A DNA stretch of 61,174 nt, the filler included. It is 5 parts of 5 records of this genome, joined end to end, with 100 filler letters (N's around TTAATTAATTAA, not from the genome) between each part and the next. Parts side by side here need not be neighbours in the genome. Positions count along the whole stretch, not along the records: positions 31,041 to 46,773 come from SRR31156797_1227; 4 more parts are not named here. One strand, given 5' to 3'. Numbering within the stretch: the stretch's first letter is position 1; the number at the start of each line of letters is the position of its first letter. The notes beneath the pieces were generated by a model. The model had not been told where the DNA came from, made no database searches, and worked only from the letters and a program-made list of their open reading frames with translations. Below, piece by piece: positions 36,238 through 45,918 of the stretch. The position numbers and the translations under genes are program-made.

Positions 36238-38409
36238 TTAGTCAATTAATGTTTCAATCCTTTCGTATGCACTCTTATATGCTTCATAGAAGATTTTTCC
36301 GCCTAAATCATTGTATAGATAGTCGATTACTTCTTCTTTTTCTAATAATGTTTCGCCGTTTGCGTTTGTTCCGCCGAAGCCATAGATTACATAGTCAGTA
36401 AAGTAAATACGGTCGTTATCGTTGTTACCAGTCTGGAATGCAGTTGAGATATCACTGCAGTTATCAACAATCAATGTTTCTTCTTCTGCTGTTAATGGGA
36501 ATGCTGCAGGTACTAATGACCTTTCGCCTTCTTCTGCTGTAGCTGCGTCGGTTACCAAGTGCTTAACTGTACCTAAGTCAACAGCCTGCAGTACCTTAGC
36601 AAGACCAACCTTACCATTTTCAGCTACTGTCTGATATTCCATGCCCTGTTCTTTAACATAACCTATTGGGAATGTTGCACCTAACCAATAACGATAGTAG
36701 TTTGTGTAACTTCCGTTAGCTAGATCATATAGTTCTGTTAATGCTACGTCAGCTAGTTTTGGAACCATTTCGCCACGATATTCGATTTCGCCGTCTATCC
36801 ATTCTTCTGGACCGTAACTCATTAAGCGGTTACCTTCTTCAGAATATTGATAGTCAAACAGTGCCAATGATCTGTATAGTTTATCTTCATCATCAGCTAC
36901 TGTTGTCAGTATTGACCAGCCATTAGACTTAACTGAACGCCATGATGTTAATAGACCATAGTAGTTTCCATCGCCGTCCCAGTCTGCTACTGGTGGTAGT
37001 ACTGGAGACAAGTTAAAGCCTTCAATATCAACAGTGTTGTTGTAAACAGTTGTTGTTTGAACATAGTCAAATGTCATGAAGCCTAAATTGTTTTGAAGTA
37101 GACGTGCACGATGGTCTTTGCCGTCTAGACCTGCTGTTGATTCGTCTTTATCAAAGTCTTCTAGAATTAAGCCTTCTTTATAAAGCATGTTTAATCTTTC
37201 AACACCATCTAAAGTTTCTTCTTGGAATCTTCCGTCTTGCAGTTCGCCGTTTTCGTCGATGTAGAACCAGCCACTTCTGGATTCTAGGCCTTTAACGCCC
37301 CAGATATTCATGAATGAGAACATTTGCTGGATACGTCCTGCCTGCCATTTTCTCATGAAGAATGGTACAGCATCATATTCTGATTGTCCTGTTAATAATT
37401 GTGTGTTTGCCAATACGCAGCGCATTAGAGCAACTAATTCGTCAGCATTGTATGCAGCATCCTGACCACAGAATAGGTCTGAACGTTTTTCATATACGCC
37501 TGCATATGTTGTGTCAATATAGTCTTTTAGTGACTGCACTAGGTTAACACCGTCTTTTACATCAAGTTCATTTTGAATTGTAATAATGTTCTTGTCATAT
37601 TTTACGTTTATTTCTTGTGTGCCTGAGCCGTCTGCAGTTACAGCATTGATTACTGTGTCTAATGTTTCAGGCATATATGGTGTGTAATAAGTATCTACTG
37701 TACGGTCAGTGTTATATTCTACACTATCATCGTCCAATAACTTTTCTACCCAGTCAACACGCAAGTTCATCATACGCTCAACGTCATCATAACCGTCAAA
37801 GTATGGAGCAACATAAATGTGTCCGTCACCTGTTGTTATAGATTGCTTAACTATGCTGTTAGCATCTAAGAATGCACTGAAATTAGGCATAAGGTCTAGA
37901 TATTCATCAAGAGCTAAGAATGTGCCGTTTGTAACAGCATTTCTGTTAACATCAGTAAGATTACCAACCATGATGTCTACACCTTCAAATCCTTGAGCTT
38001 CTAACAATGCAAATCCTGCAGTGATATCTTTAGCATCTGTTGGATGAACGTCATTAATTGTAAAGTTTAACCTTTCCTGTAGTTCAGCCCAAACTGGCTT
38101 GAAGTCGCCTTCACGATAAGTATTTCCGTCTGGTGCTTCATACTCAGCCTGTGGTTTACCTGAACCATCAACTGCTTGATATGTCATAGTACGGTCAGAT
38201 CTATAGAATACTGACAAATTCAGTTCTACTTCTGAAGATGTATCATAGATATCAATACCTGGTTCTTCAGTTGCTTCTGCTTCTGCTTCTGGAGCTTCAG
38301 TTGCTTCTGGTTCTGGATTTTCTGTAATGTCTGGATCGACCTTTACACAGCCGCTGATTGTTGCTACTAGCATAGCGACTACTAAAAATAATAATCCTAG
38401 TTTTTTCAT
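36238..38409 (-). CDS. Large ABC substrate-binding lipoprotein (oligogalacturonide, by context)
   Basis: Lipobox ISG-C, acidic Pro/Ala/Glu linker, LDEYLDLMPNF, LYKEGLI, LFDYQYSEEG. Adjacent to two permeases. Confidence 0.85.
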   Translation of the reverse strand: MKKLGLLFLVVAMLVATISGCVKVDPDITENPEPEATEAPEAEAEATEEPGIDIYDTSSEVELNLSVFYRSDRTMTYQAVDGSGKPQAEYEAPDGNTYREGDFKPVWAELQERLNFTINDVHPTDAKDITAGFALLEAQGFEGVDIMVGNLTDVNRNAVTNGTFLALDEYLDLMPNFSAFLDANSIVKQSITTGDGHIYVAPYFDGYDDVERMMNLRVDWVEKLLDDDSVEYNTDRTVDTYYTPYMPETLDTVINAVTADGSGTQEINVKYDKNIITIQNELDVKDGVNLVQSLKDYIDTTYAGVYEKRSDLFCGQDAAYNADELVALMRCVLANTQLLTGQSEYDAVPFFMRKWQAGRIQQMFSFMNIWGVKGLESRSGWFYIDENGELQDGRFQEETLDGVERLNMLYKEGLILEDFDKDESTAGLDGKDHRARLLQNNLGFMTFDYVQTTTVYNNTVDIEGFNLSPVLPPVADWDGDGNYYGLLTSWRSVKSNGWSILTTVADDEDKLYRSLALFDYQYSEEGNRLMSYGPEEWIDGEIEYRGEMVPKLADVALTELYDLANGSYTNYYRYWLGATFPIGYVKEQGMEYQTVAENGKVGLAKVLQAVDLGTVKHLVTDAATAEEGERSLVPAAFPLTAEEETLIVDNCSDISTAFQTGNNDNDRIYFTDYVIYGFGGTNANGETLLEKEEVIDYLYNDLGGKIFYEAYKSAYERIETLID

Positions 38410-38460
38410 CGTTTCTATTCCTCCTGTTTTATTAAATGCCCAAATTGAGCAAACTTCTTA

Positions 38461-39342
38461 TTATTCTTTTACGCCACCCACGTTTACACCCTTTGCAAAG
38501 TACTTTTGTATATAGGGATAAATAATTATTATAGGAATTATTGCGCATACTATCATGGCATAAATCAATGATTCTGGTGCATAAGAGGTAGTTGCCTCAT
38601 ACTCCAATTCCATAATTTCCTCTAATTGGTCTCTGATAAATACCTGCAGAGGCCATTCGTTTCTGTTCCTAGTCATAGTCCTTGCCCAGAAGTAACCATT
38701 CCAACGGCTTATTCCGAAGAACAAACCAACAGTTGCTATAGTCGACTTTGACATAGGCACATAGACCTTTGACAATAGTTGAAAATCATTCGCTCCGTCA
38801 ACAATACCCGCTTCTTCTATCTCTTTTGGTATGTTTTCAAATGAATTTCTAAGCAAAATAACATTGAATGCTGCCATTCCCATTGCTATAACAATCAGCC
38901 ACTTATCATCCATAATGCCTACAACCTCAAACACATTCTGTGTTGCCTTATAGTTTAGAAACTGTGGTACCAATCCTGCTGAGAACCAAAGAGTAAATAT
39001 TAAGTAGAAATTCAACCCTCTGCGAAATACCAGTCTGTCCTTTGCTAGTGCGTATGCACCTAAAACAGATGTACCTAGTGCCCAGATTGTTCCATAGAAT
39101 GTTACAAATAATGTATTTGAATATGATATCCAAAAACGTTTAGTATATATAATGTCTCTGAATGCATCAAACTGTACATCTACAGGGAATAGAACAATCT
39201 GCCCTTGGTAGTATGCTGACTGCCCAGATAGTGCTGCAGATATTGCATACACAAAAGGATATAAACACATTACAGCAAATATAGTTAGAAACGTATATGC
39301 TAAAACTTTAAATATAATTTCTGTAGTATCAAGTCGTTTCAT
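38461..39342 (-). CDS. Carbohydrate ABC transporter permease (MalG-type)
   Basis: EAA loop IPKEIEEAGIVDGA, WNGYF, YPYIQKYFAKG. Confidence 0.93.
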   Translation of the reverse strand: MKRLDTTEIIFKVLAYTFLTIFAVMCLYPFVYAISAALSGQSAYYQGQIVLFPVDVQFDAFRDIIYTKRFWISYSNTLFVTFYGTIWALGTSVLGAYALAKDRLVFRRGLNFYLIFTLWFSAGLVPQFLNYKATQNVFEVVGIMDDKWLIVIAMGMAAFNVILLRNSFENIPKEIEEAGIVDGANDFQLLSKVYVPMSKSTIATVGLFFGISRWNGYFWARTMTRNRNEWPLQVFIRDQLEEIMELEYEATTSYAPESLIYAMIVCAIIPIIIIYPYIQKYFAKGVNVGGVKE

Positions 39343-39352
39343 ATATTACCTC

Positions 39353-40378
39353 CTAATACAATGATGTATTCGAAACTCTTTTGCTGATTAGGTTAGCGCC
39401 CATAACCAACAACATAGAAGTTACTGCATTTATCATATCAGCAGCCGATGCCAAAGACTGATTAGTCTGTCCGCCAGCTGTCATACCTGCACGCTGGAAT
39501 ACATATGTAGCGACAACGTCGGCAGTTGAATATGTATATGAGTTGTACAGCAATAGTACTTTCTCATAACCAATTGTTAAAAGTCGTCCAATCTGCATTA
39601 TCAACATAATTGTTATAGTTGATAGGATTCCCGGCAGAACCACATGCTTTAGCTGCTGCAGCTTGGTTGCACCATCTATTCTGGCCGCTTCATAGCTTGT
39701 AGGTGAAATACCTATAATAGCTGCAAAATATACAATAGAACCGTATCCTGCCATTTCCCAGATACCTGATACCTGATATATGGCTCTGAAGTATTTAGGA
39801 ATATAAAGCATACCTGTTAACGCATCTTCTGATGGAACCATCTTTAGTTTAACTAAAATCTGTGCGATAACACCTGGCTCTGCAAATACGCTTCCGCCTC
39901 TTAAAAGCATTGTTACCAATGTAGTAATAACAACTGTTGATACAAAACGAGGCATGTATGTTGATATCTGAAGAAAGCTTCTATATCCATTTGACTTAAT
40001 TTCATTAAAAAACAATGCTAATAGAATAGGAACTGGGAAACCAAACAACAAACCATAGAAGCTCAAGAGAAAAGTATTCCTGAAAGCCTGCCAGAAACCG
40101 GTTGAGTCAGCACCAAAAATAAGATTATAGAAATGTTGAAATCCTACAAAATTACGTTCCATTACATTAACTGATGTATCAGAAGTTTTAAATGCAGTAA
40201 TCAGTTCATATAGCGGAAAATATCTCCAAAACAAGAATATCAATACTAAAGGCAGCAACATTACATATAGCCTCCAGTCTACTGCTATCTTCCTAGCGAT
40301 ATCTCCCCAATAATTTTTCTCAAGTTTATCCTGAATTTTCAGCTGTTCAGGTGTCAGTTCACTATGCTTTACGCCCAT
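39353..40378 (-). CDS. Carbohydrate ABC transporter permease (MalF/LplB-type)
   Basis: FVGFQHF, FPVPILLAL, EAA loop SYEAARIDGA. Confidence 0.93.
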   Translation of the reverse strand: MGVKHSELTPEQLKIQDKLEKNYWGDIARKIAVDWRLYVMLLPLVLIFLFWRYFPLYELITAFKTSDTSVNVMERNFVGFQHFYNLIFGADSTGFWQAFRNTFLLSFYGLLFGFPVPILLALFFNEIKSNGYRSFLQISTYMPRFVSTVVITTLVTMLLRGGSVFAEPGVIAQILVKLKMVPSEDALTGMLYIPKYFRAIYQVSGIWEMAGYGSIVYFAAIIGISPTSYEAARIDGATKLQQLKHVVLPGILSTITIMLIMQIGRLLTIGYEKVLLLYNSYTYSTADVVATYVFQRAGMTAGGQTNQSLASAADMINAVTSMLLVMGANLISKRVSNTSLY

Positions 40379-40952
40379 TTACTTGTTCCTCCTCTGTTGC
40401 CAGCCTTTCCAAATAACTCATCTGGTCTTCGAATACACCGTCCTGCCTTCTAGCTATTAGAATTATAACTATCGCCATAACTGCACTAAGTGCATCTGTT
40501 GTAAAATATCTTAGTATTATTGAACCAAAAGGTCTATTGCCAAATATAAAAGCAAATGCTCCTCTGCCCAAATTCATTAATATATAACCCGTTATTATAT
40601 GCAGTATAATCAAAAATGTACTGTTTCTTATGCTGTCTTTACCCTTATATTTAAACCATAACAGATTGAATACTATCACTAAATTACCAAGCATATATAT
40701 TAAATAGACATCCCATTTTGCTCCATTGTTAATACAGTACATGAGTCCTCCGATTACCGCCAATATAATACCTTTTGCACCATGACGCATCATTGCAATC
40801 AGCACTACAGGTAAAACTATTGAAATGGTAAATTTCTCAAATGGAAACAACTTAAGTGCTATACTGCTTGCCCACATCAATATGCAAAGTATCAATGTCA
40901 GAATAACAATGTCAATAAATACATATTGCTCTTTGCTGATTTGCCTATCCAT
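40362..40952 (-). CDS. Hypothetical membrane protein (5-6 TM)
   Basis: Multiple hydrophobic helices. Sits between the ATPase and the first permease with overlap or zero gap. Confidence 0.75.
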   Translation of the reverse strand: MDRQISKEQYVFIDIVILTLILCILMWASSIALKLFPFEKFTISIVLPVVLIAMMRHGAKGIILAVIGGLMYCINNGAKWDVYLIYMLGNLVIVFNLLWFKYKGKDSIRNSTFLIILHIITGYILMNLGRGAFAFIFGNRPFGSIILRYFTTDALSAVMAIVIILIARRQDGVFEDQMSYLERLATEEEQVNGRKA

Positions 40953-42101
40953 CTATACCTTCTCTGTCTTTTTATTTATTCCATGTGCCCCTCTGCATGT
41001 ATTGTATATCGTTGCTCCTGTTTCTCCATCAAATAAACAAATCGTACGATCAGATATCCAAACACGTAATGTACTCCCAACCTCGGGAACATCATATGAT
41101 GTAACTTTGACTATAACTTTATGTTCACCAAATTCTCCATACACATTGACTGTATCACCAAGTAATTCCGTCAGAACTACTTTGATTTCTATTTCAATAT
41201 AGCCTTTATCTTTTTCTACCTTATCAGCTAATACAATTGATTCGGGTCTAAATCCAAAATCTACTTTCTTTCCTTCATAGTCTTTTGATAAGCCTTTCTT
41301 AATTTCTTCCAAATATAAAGCTTTCATTAAGCCTTCAGGATACAGCCTTCCATCTTTCATAGTACATGGAACGAAGTTCATAGGCGGCTCACCAATAAAT
41401 CCTGCAACAAATTTATTCTTTGGTGCGAAGTACAGCTCTCTTGGATGACCTATTTGCTGGATAACTCCCTTGTCCATAACGACTATTCTGTCTGCCATCG
41501 TCATTGCTTCTGTCTGGTCGTGAGTAACATAAACTGTTGTAGCACCTATGCGTCTGTGAATCTGCATAATTTCAGCACGCATTGAAACACGCTGCTTTGC
41601 ATCCAGGTTTGACAGAGGTTCGTCCATAAGGAATACTTCCACGTGCCTGATAATCGCTCTACCTACAGCTACACGCTGCCTTTGTCCACCTGACAATTCT
41701 CTTGGTTTTCTTTCAAGGTATTCAGTAAGTCCCAATATCTTAGCTGTTTTATGGACTCTTTTTTCAATTAAATCCTTATCCATACCCTTTAGAGTCAAAC
41801 CAAAACACATATTTTCATAAACTGTCATTGATGGATAGAGAGCGTATGATTGGAATACCATCGCTACTCCTCTGTCTCTAGGCGTCCTGTTATTTGCATA
41901 AACATCATTAATAAAAAGCTTTCCATCAGTAATATCCTCTAACCCTGCTAACATACGCAGTGTTGTAGATTTACCACAGCCAGATGGTCCTACGAAAACT
42001 ACAAATTCTCCCTTTTCAATTTCCATTGAAAAATCCTGAACTGCATGAAAACCATTGCTTTCATATACTTTGTTGATGTTATTTAGTCTGATATGCGTCA
42101 T
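40953..42101 (-). CDS. Sugar ABC transporter ATP-binding protein (MsmX/MalK family), second copy
   Basis: GPSGCGKSTT, MVFQSYALYP, LSGGQRQR, DEPLSNLD, YVTHDQTEA. ATG 42101 after GGAGG. Confidence 0.95.
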   Translation of the reverse strand: MTHIRLNNINKVYESNGFHAVQDFSMEIEKGEFVVFVGPSGCGKSTTLRMLAGLEDITDGKLFINDVYANNRTPRDRGVAMVFQSYALYPSMTVYENMCFGLTLKGMDKDLIEKRVHKTAKILGLTEYLERKPRELSGGQRQRVAVGRAIIRHVEVFLMDEPLSNLDAKQRVSMRAEIMQIHRRIGATTVYVTHDQTEAMTMADRIVVMDKGVIQQIGHPRELYFAPKNKFVAGFIGEPPMNFVPCTMKDGRLYPEGLMKALYLEEIKKGLSKDYEGKKVDFGFRPESIVLADKVEKDKGYIEIEIKVVLTELLGDTVNVYGEFGEHKVIVKVTSYDVPEVGSTLRVWISDRTICLFDGETGATIYNTCRGAHGINKKTEKV

Positions 42102-42136
42102 ACGTCGTCCTCCAAACAAACATTGCTCCGACATTT

Positions 42137-42976
42137 CTAAGCCTTACTCCATACCTCTCGTATAAATTCTACGCTTTGTCTTAAATCTTCTTTTTTCGTT
42201 CCTTCAAATATTAGTACTGCATTTTCATCGTATTTTTTAATCATCTGCAGTATTGCATCAAAATCAAAATCACCCTTACCAACTGAGCATTGCTCCAATC
42301 CATTATCTATAAAGCGACAATCCTTCAGATGGAAACAATGTATTCTTCCCTTAAATGTTTCAAGACCTTCCTTTAGGATTTTTAAATAATCTTTGTAATT
42401 TGTAATGTCCAAAAAATTATACAAATCAAAAATCACTTTTATATTTTTTCTATCTATCTGCCATATTGCATTACCCAATGTTTTAACATCGTATAACACA
42501 TGTCCGCTTGCTCCCTCAATGCCGACTACTGCGTCATATTCTAAAGCATAATCGCAAAGTCCACGAAACACTTCAACCACTTTATTTATTGCTTCCTGTG
42601 TCCTGTTCTTCGGATGATATATCCACGGTTCGTCATTATATGAACCTGTTTCTGAGCCTACTACCATACAGCCAAGCGATTTGGTCAGGCGTATGTAATC
42701 CTTAAATATCTTGATTCCGCTTTCAACCTTTTCCAAGTCACTGTGTACCGGATTAAAGTACGCACCTAAAAGCTTAATATCAACTTCTTTATCTCTAAAT
42801 GCCTTACCAATTTCAGCTGCTCTGTCGTCACTAATCCCGCCAGCAACTTTGTTAACATCAGCAAATGATTTATAGCATACCAACTGTACGCCTTCAGCAC
42901 CCGCATTCTTTGCCTCTTTAATTATTTTTTCAGTTCCAAACACATTCAAGTCATGTGCTCTTATGCAAAGTTGCAT
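42137..42976 (-). CDS. Sugar phosphate isomerase/epimerase (xylose-isomerase-like TIM barrel)
   Basis: RAHD, GAYFNPVH, GSETG, IEG, FDLYN, HLKD, FEG metal-ligand pattern. Confidence 0.82.
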   Translation of the reverse strand: MQLCIRAHDLNVFGTEKIIKEAKNAGAEGVQLVCYKSFADVNKVAGGISDDRAAEIGKAFRDKEVDIKLLGAYFNPVHSDLEKVESGIKIFKDYIRLTKSLGCMVVGSETGSYNDEPWIYHPKNRTQEAINKVVEVFRGLCDYALEYDAVVGIEGASGHVLYDVKTLGNAIWQIDRKNIKVIFDLYNFLDITNYKDYLKILKEGLETFKGRIHCFHLKDCRFIDNGLEQCSVGKGDFDFDAILQMIKKYDENAVLIFEGTKKEDLRQSVEFIREVWSKA

Positions 42977-43018
42977 TGTTACCTCCACACCTGTATATAT
43001 TCAACACAAACAAAGACC

Positions 43019-44416
43019 CTATTTGAACTCAAAATATTCTAGCGCATTATCATAACAAATATTATTAACCAATACACTTAATTGTTCAAAATCATTTGGA
43101 TACTCACCATTCTCCACTAAATCTCCCATCATATTGCACAGTATTCTTCTAAAATACTCATGTCTCGTATAGGATAAAAAGCTTCTTGAATCAGTTAACA
43201 TTCCAACGAAATTTCCTAGCACTGATATACTTGCTAAGTTCTCTAACTGCTTTATCATGCCAAGCTTTGTGTCGTTAAACCACCATGCCGCACCATGCTG
43301 CAATTTACTTCTAATACCTTGTTTCTGGAAGCATCCGATGACCGTACATATCATTGCATCATCGTTTGGATTCAGAGAATATACTATAGTTTTTGGCAAT
43401 GCATTTGATTTTTCCATTTCATTCAGTAAATTTGCCAAAGCCATAGCAGAGTCTTTGGTAGATATAGCGTCATAGCCTGTATCCGGACCCAATATTCCAT
43501 ACATACTGTCATTGATATTCCTTATAGATCCATAGTGTATCTGCATAGCCCAATCACGAGTTGCGTACTCACTTGAGAGGAACAAAAGCATTGCAGTTTT
43601 AAACTTTACTATTTCTTCAACCGAAAGAGCTTTGCCTGATATTTTCTTATTGAAAATACTCTCTATTTCATCATCTTCTGCTTTTATACAAATTACATAT
43701 TCAAGCGCATGATCACTTACTTTGCATCCATGACTGTTGAAGTATTCAATTCTCTGACTTAGTGCACTTTTAAGCGATGTAAAGCTATCGATACTGCTTC
43801 CTGTGACATCTTCTAATTTACTGATATAGTCTTCAAAATCGTCTTTTTCAATATTCATCGCCTTGTCTGGTCTGAAAGCAGGTAATACCTTCACATCAAA
43901 GCTTTCATCATCAGCTATCTGCTTGTGATACTCAAGACTATCAACAGGATCATCAGTTGTGCAGATAATATCTACATTTGAATCCTTTATAATGCTTTTG
44001 GCAGAAATGCTTGCTAGCTTTTCATTGCATATATCCCAAACTTCTTTTGCTGTTTTTTTTGAAAATATTCCTGTATAGCCAAAATATTTTTTAAGTTCTA
44101 AGTGCGTCCAATGATACAGTGGATTACCAATAAGTGAAGGCATAGTCTCTGCCCACTTTTCAAACTTTTCATAGTCGGATGCATTACCAGTGATATACTT
44201 TTCATCTACACCGCAATTTCTCATTGCTCTCCATTTGTAATGGTCACCATATAACCACACCTGAGTGATATTATCGTAACTTTTATCCTCAGCAATCTCC
44301 TGCGGATTAATGTGGCAATGGTAGTCAATTATTGGTTTTTTAGCCGCTACATCATGATACAGCTTTTCAGCTATCTTTGTGTTTAACAAAAAATCTTTAC
44401 TTAGAAATTTTTTCAT
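43019..44416 (-). CDS. uxaC: Uronate (glucuronate/galacturonate) isomerase
   Basis: IIDYHCH, GDHYKWRAMR, GNPLYHWTHLEL, CTTDDP, GAAWWFND, GMLTDSRSFLSYTRHEYFRRILC. Confidence 0.97.
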   Translation of the reverse strand: MKKFLSKDFLLNTKIAEKLYHDVAAKKPIIDYHCHINPQEIAEDKSYDNITQVWLYGDHYKWRAMRNCGVDEKYITGNASDYEKFEKWAETMPSLIGNPLYHWTHLELKKYFGYTGIFSKKTAKEVWDICNEKLASISAKSIIKDSNVDIICTTDDPVDSLEYHKQIADDESFDVKVLPAFRPDKAMNIEKDDFEDYISKLEDVTGSSIDSFTSLKSALSQRIEYFNSHGCKVSDHALEYVICIKAEDDEIESIFNKKISGKALSVEEIVKFKTAMLLFLSSEYATRDWAMQIHYGSIRNINDSMYGILGPDTGYDAISTKDSAMALANLLNEMEKSNALPKTIVYSLNPNDDAMICTVIGCFQKQGIRSKLQHGAAWWFNDTKLGMIKQLENLASISVLGNFVGMLTDSRSFLSYTRHEYFRRILCNMMGDLVENGEYPNDFEQLSVLVNNICYDNALEYFEFK

Positions 44417-44429
44417 CCTTAATCCTTTT

Positions 44430-45914
44430 CTACAAAAATACTCCGTCTTTGAAAATTGAAATATCTCTTATTCCCTGTTCTTCGCTCTTCGTCGCAACCT
44501 CACCGCTTGCTAGTCTAATAACGTATTCCAGCAATTTTTCTGCGCATTCACCTATACTCTGTCCGTCAGCAATACCGCCTGCATTAAAGTCTATCCATCT
44601 TTTTTTCTTTTCAAACAACTCATTGTTGGTCGATATTTTTACTGTTGGTGCAGCTCCCCCAAACGGAGTTCCTCTCCCAGTTGTAAATAGGACTAACTGT
44701 GCGCCAGAAGCAATAAGTGCAGTGGTAGCTACTAAGTCATTACCCGGTGCTGACAAAAGAACTAGTCCCTTTTGTGTAATTTGCTCACCATATTTGTAAA
44801 CACCTGATACTGCCATACTTCCGCTTTTCGTAGTACATCCTAATGACTTTTCCTCTAGTGTTGTGATGCCTCCATCTTTATTGCCAGGTGACGGATTCTC
44901 ATATACTACCTGATTATGTGAGATATAATACTCTTTAAAGGAGTTAATCATATCAACAGTCTTATCATATAGCTCTTCGTTTTCACATCTTTCCATCAGC
45001 AGAGTTTCGGCCCCAAACATCTCAGGCACTTCAGTCAGTATAGTCGTACCACCCTGTTTTACCACAATATCCGAAAACGCTCCAACCATAGGATTTGCAG
45101 TAATTCCAGAATAGCCATCTGAGCCGCCGCATTTAAGACCCACTATAAGTTCAGAAACAGGCACTTCTTCTCTCTGAAAACTACCAGCATATTCTGCAAT
45201 TTCTTCTACCAGTTCAAGTCCTGCCTGGACTTCATCTTCCACTGACTGGCACTCCAAGAATTTTACCCTATCTTCGTTAATTTCTCCAATAAATTTCTTA
45301 AAATATTTTATCAGATTATTTTCACAACCCAATCCTAATACCAGCACTCCAGCTGCATTTGGATGGTTTACCAAGCCCGCTAAAACTTTTTGTGTATTTT
45401 CCAAGTCTTCCCCAAGCTGTGAACAGCCAAATGGGTGATTGAAAGCATATACTCCATCAACTCCATCAATGTCATTCGCCATGTGCTCGATACTATTTGC
45501 AATACCGTTTACACATCCGACAGTAGGTATAATCCATATTTCGTTTCTGATGCCAACCTTGCCATTCTTGCGCTTATACCCCATAAAAGTTTTATTATCG
45601 TCTTTATCAACATCAAAACCTGCATTAACTTTATTATATTTATACTCAATAATATCGCTGAGATTGGTTCTGATATTGTGAGTATGTACATGCTGACCTT
45701 TTCTGATGTCTGTTATTGCATGACCTATTGGATTACCATACTTGATTACGTTTTCGCCTTTTTTAATATCCTTAAGTGCGACCTTATGTGCCCTAACAAT
45801 ATCATCCAATAATTCAATATCATCATTCTGCAAAGATGTTATTTCACCCTTTTTCATATTGCCTATGGCAACAGCTACATTATCTTTTTCGCTTATCTTT
45901 AACAAAAATGACAT
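44430..45914 (-). CDS. uxaA: Altronate dehydratase
   Basis: SAF domain DNVAVA/HTHN, GIRNEIWIIPTVGCVN, HPFGCSQLG, GLKCGGSDG, NPSPGNKDGG, TTGRGTP. Confidence 0.95.
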   Translation of the reverse strand: MSFLLKISEKDNVAVAIGNMKKGEITSLQNDDIELLDDIVRAHKVALKDIKKGENVIKYGNPIGHAITDIRKGQHVHTHNIRTNLSDIIEYKYNKVNAGFDVDKDDNKTFMGYKRKNGKVGIRNEIWIIPTVGCVNGIANSIEHMANDIDGVDGVYAFNHPFGCSQLGEDLENTQKVLAGLVNHPNAAGVLVLGLGCENNLIKYFKKFIGEINEDRVKFLECQSVEDEVQAGLELVEEIAEYAGSFQREEVPVSELIVGLKCGGSDGYSGITANPMVGAFSDIVVKQGGTTILTEVPEMFGAETLLMERCENEELYDKTVDMINSFKEYYISHNQVVYENPSPGNKDGGITTLEEKSLGCTTKSGSMAVSGVYKYGEQITQKGLVLLSAPGNDLVATTALIASGAQLVLFTTGRGTPFGGAAPTVKISTNNELFEKKKRWIDFNAGGIADGQSIGECAEKLLEYVIRLASGEVATKSEEQGIRDISIFKDGVFL

Positions 45915-45918
45915 AATT

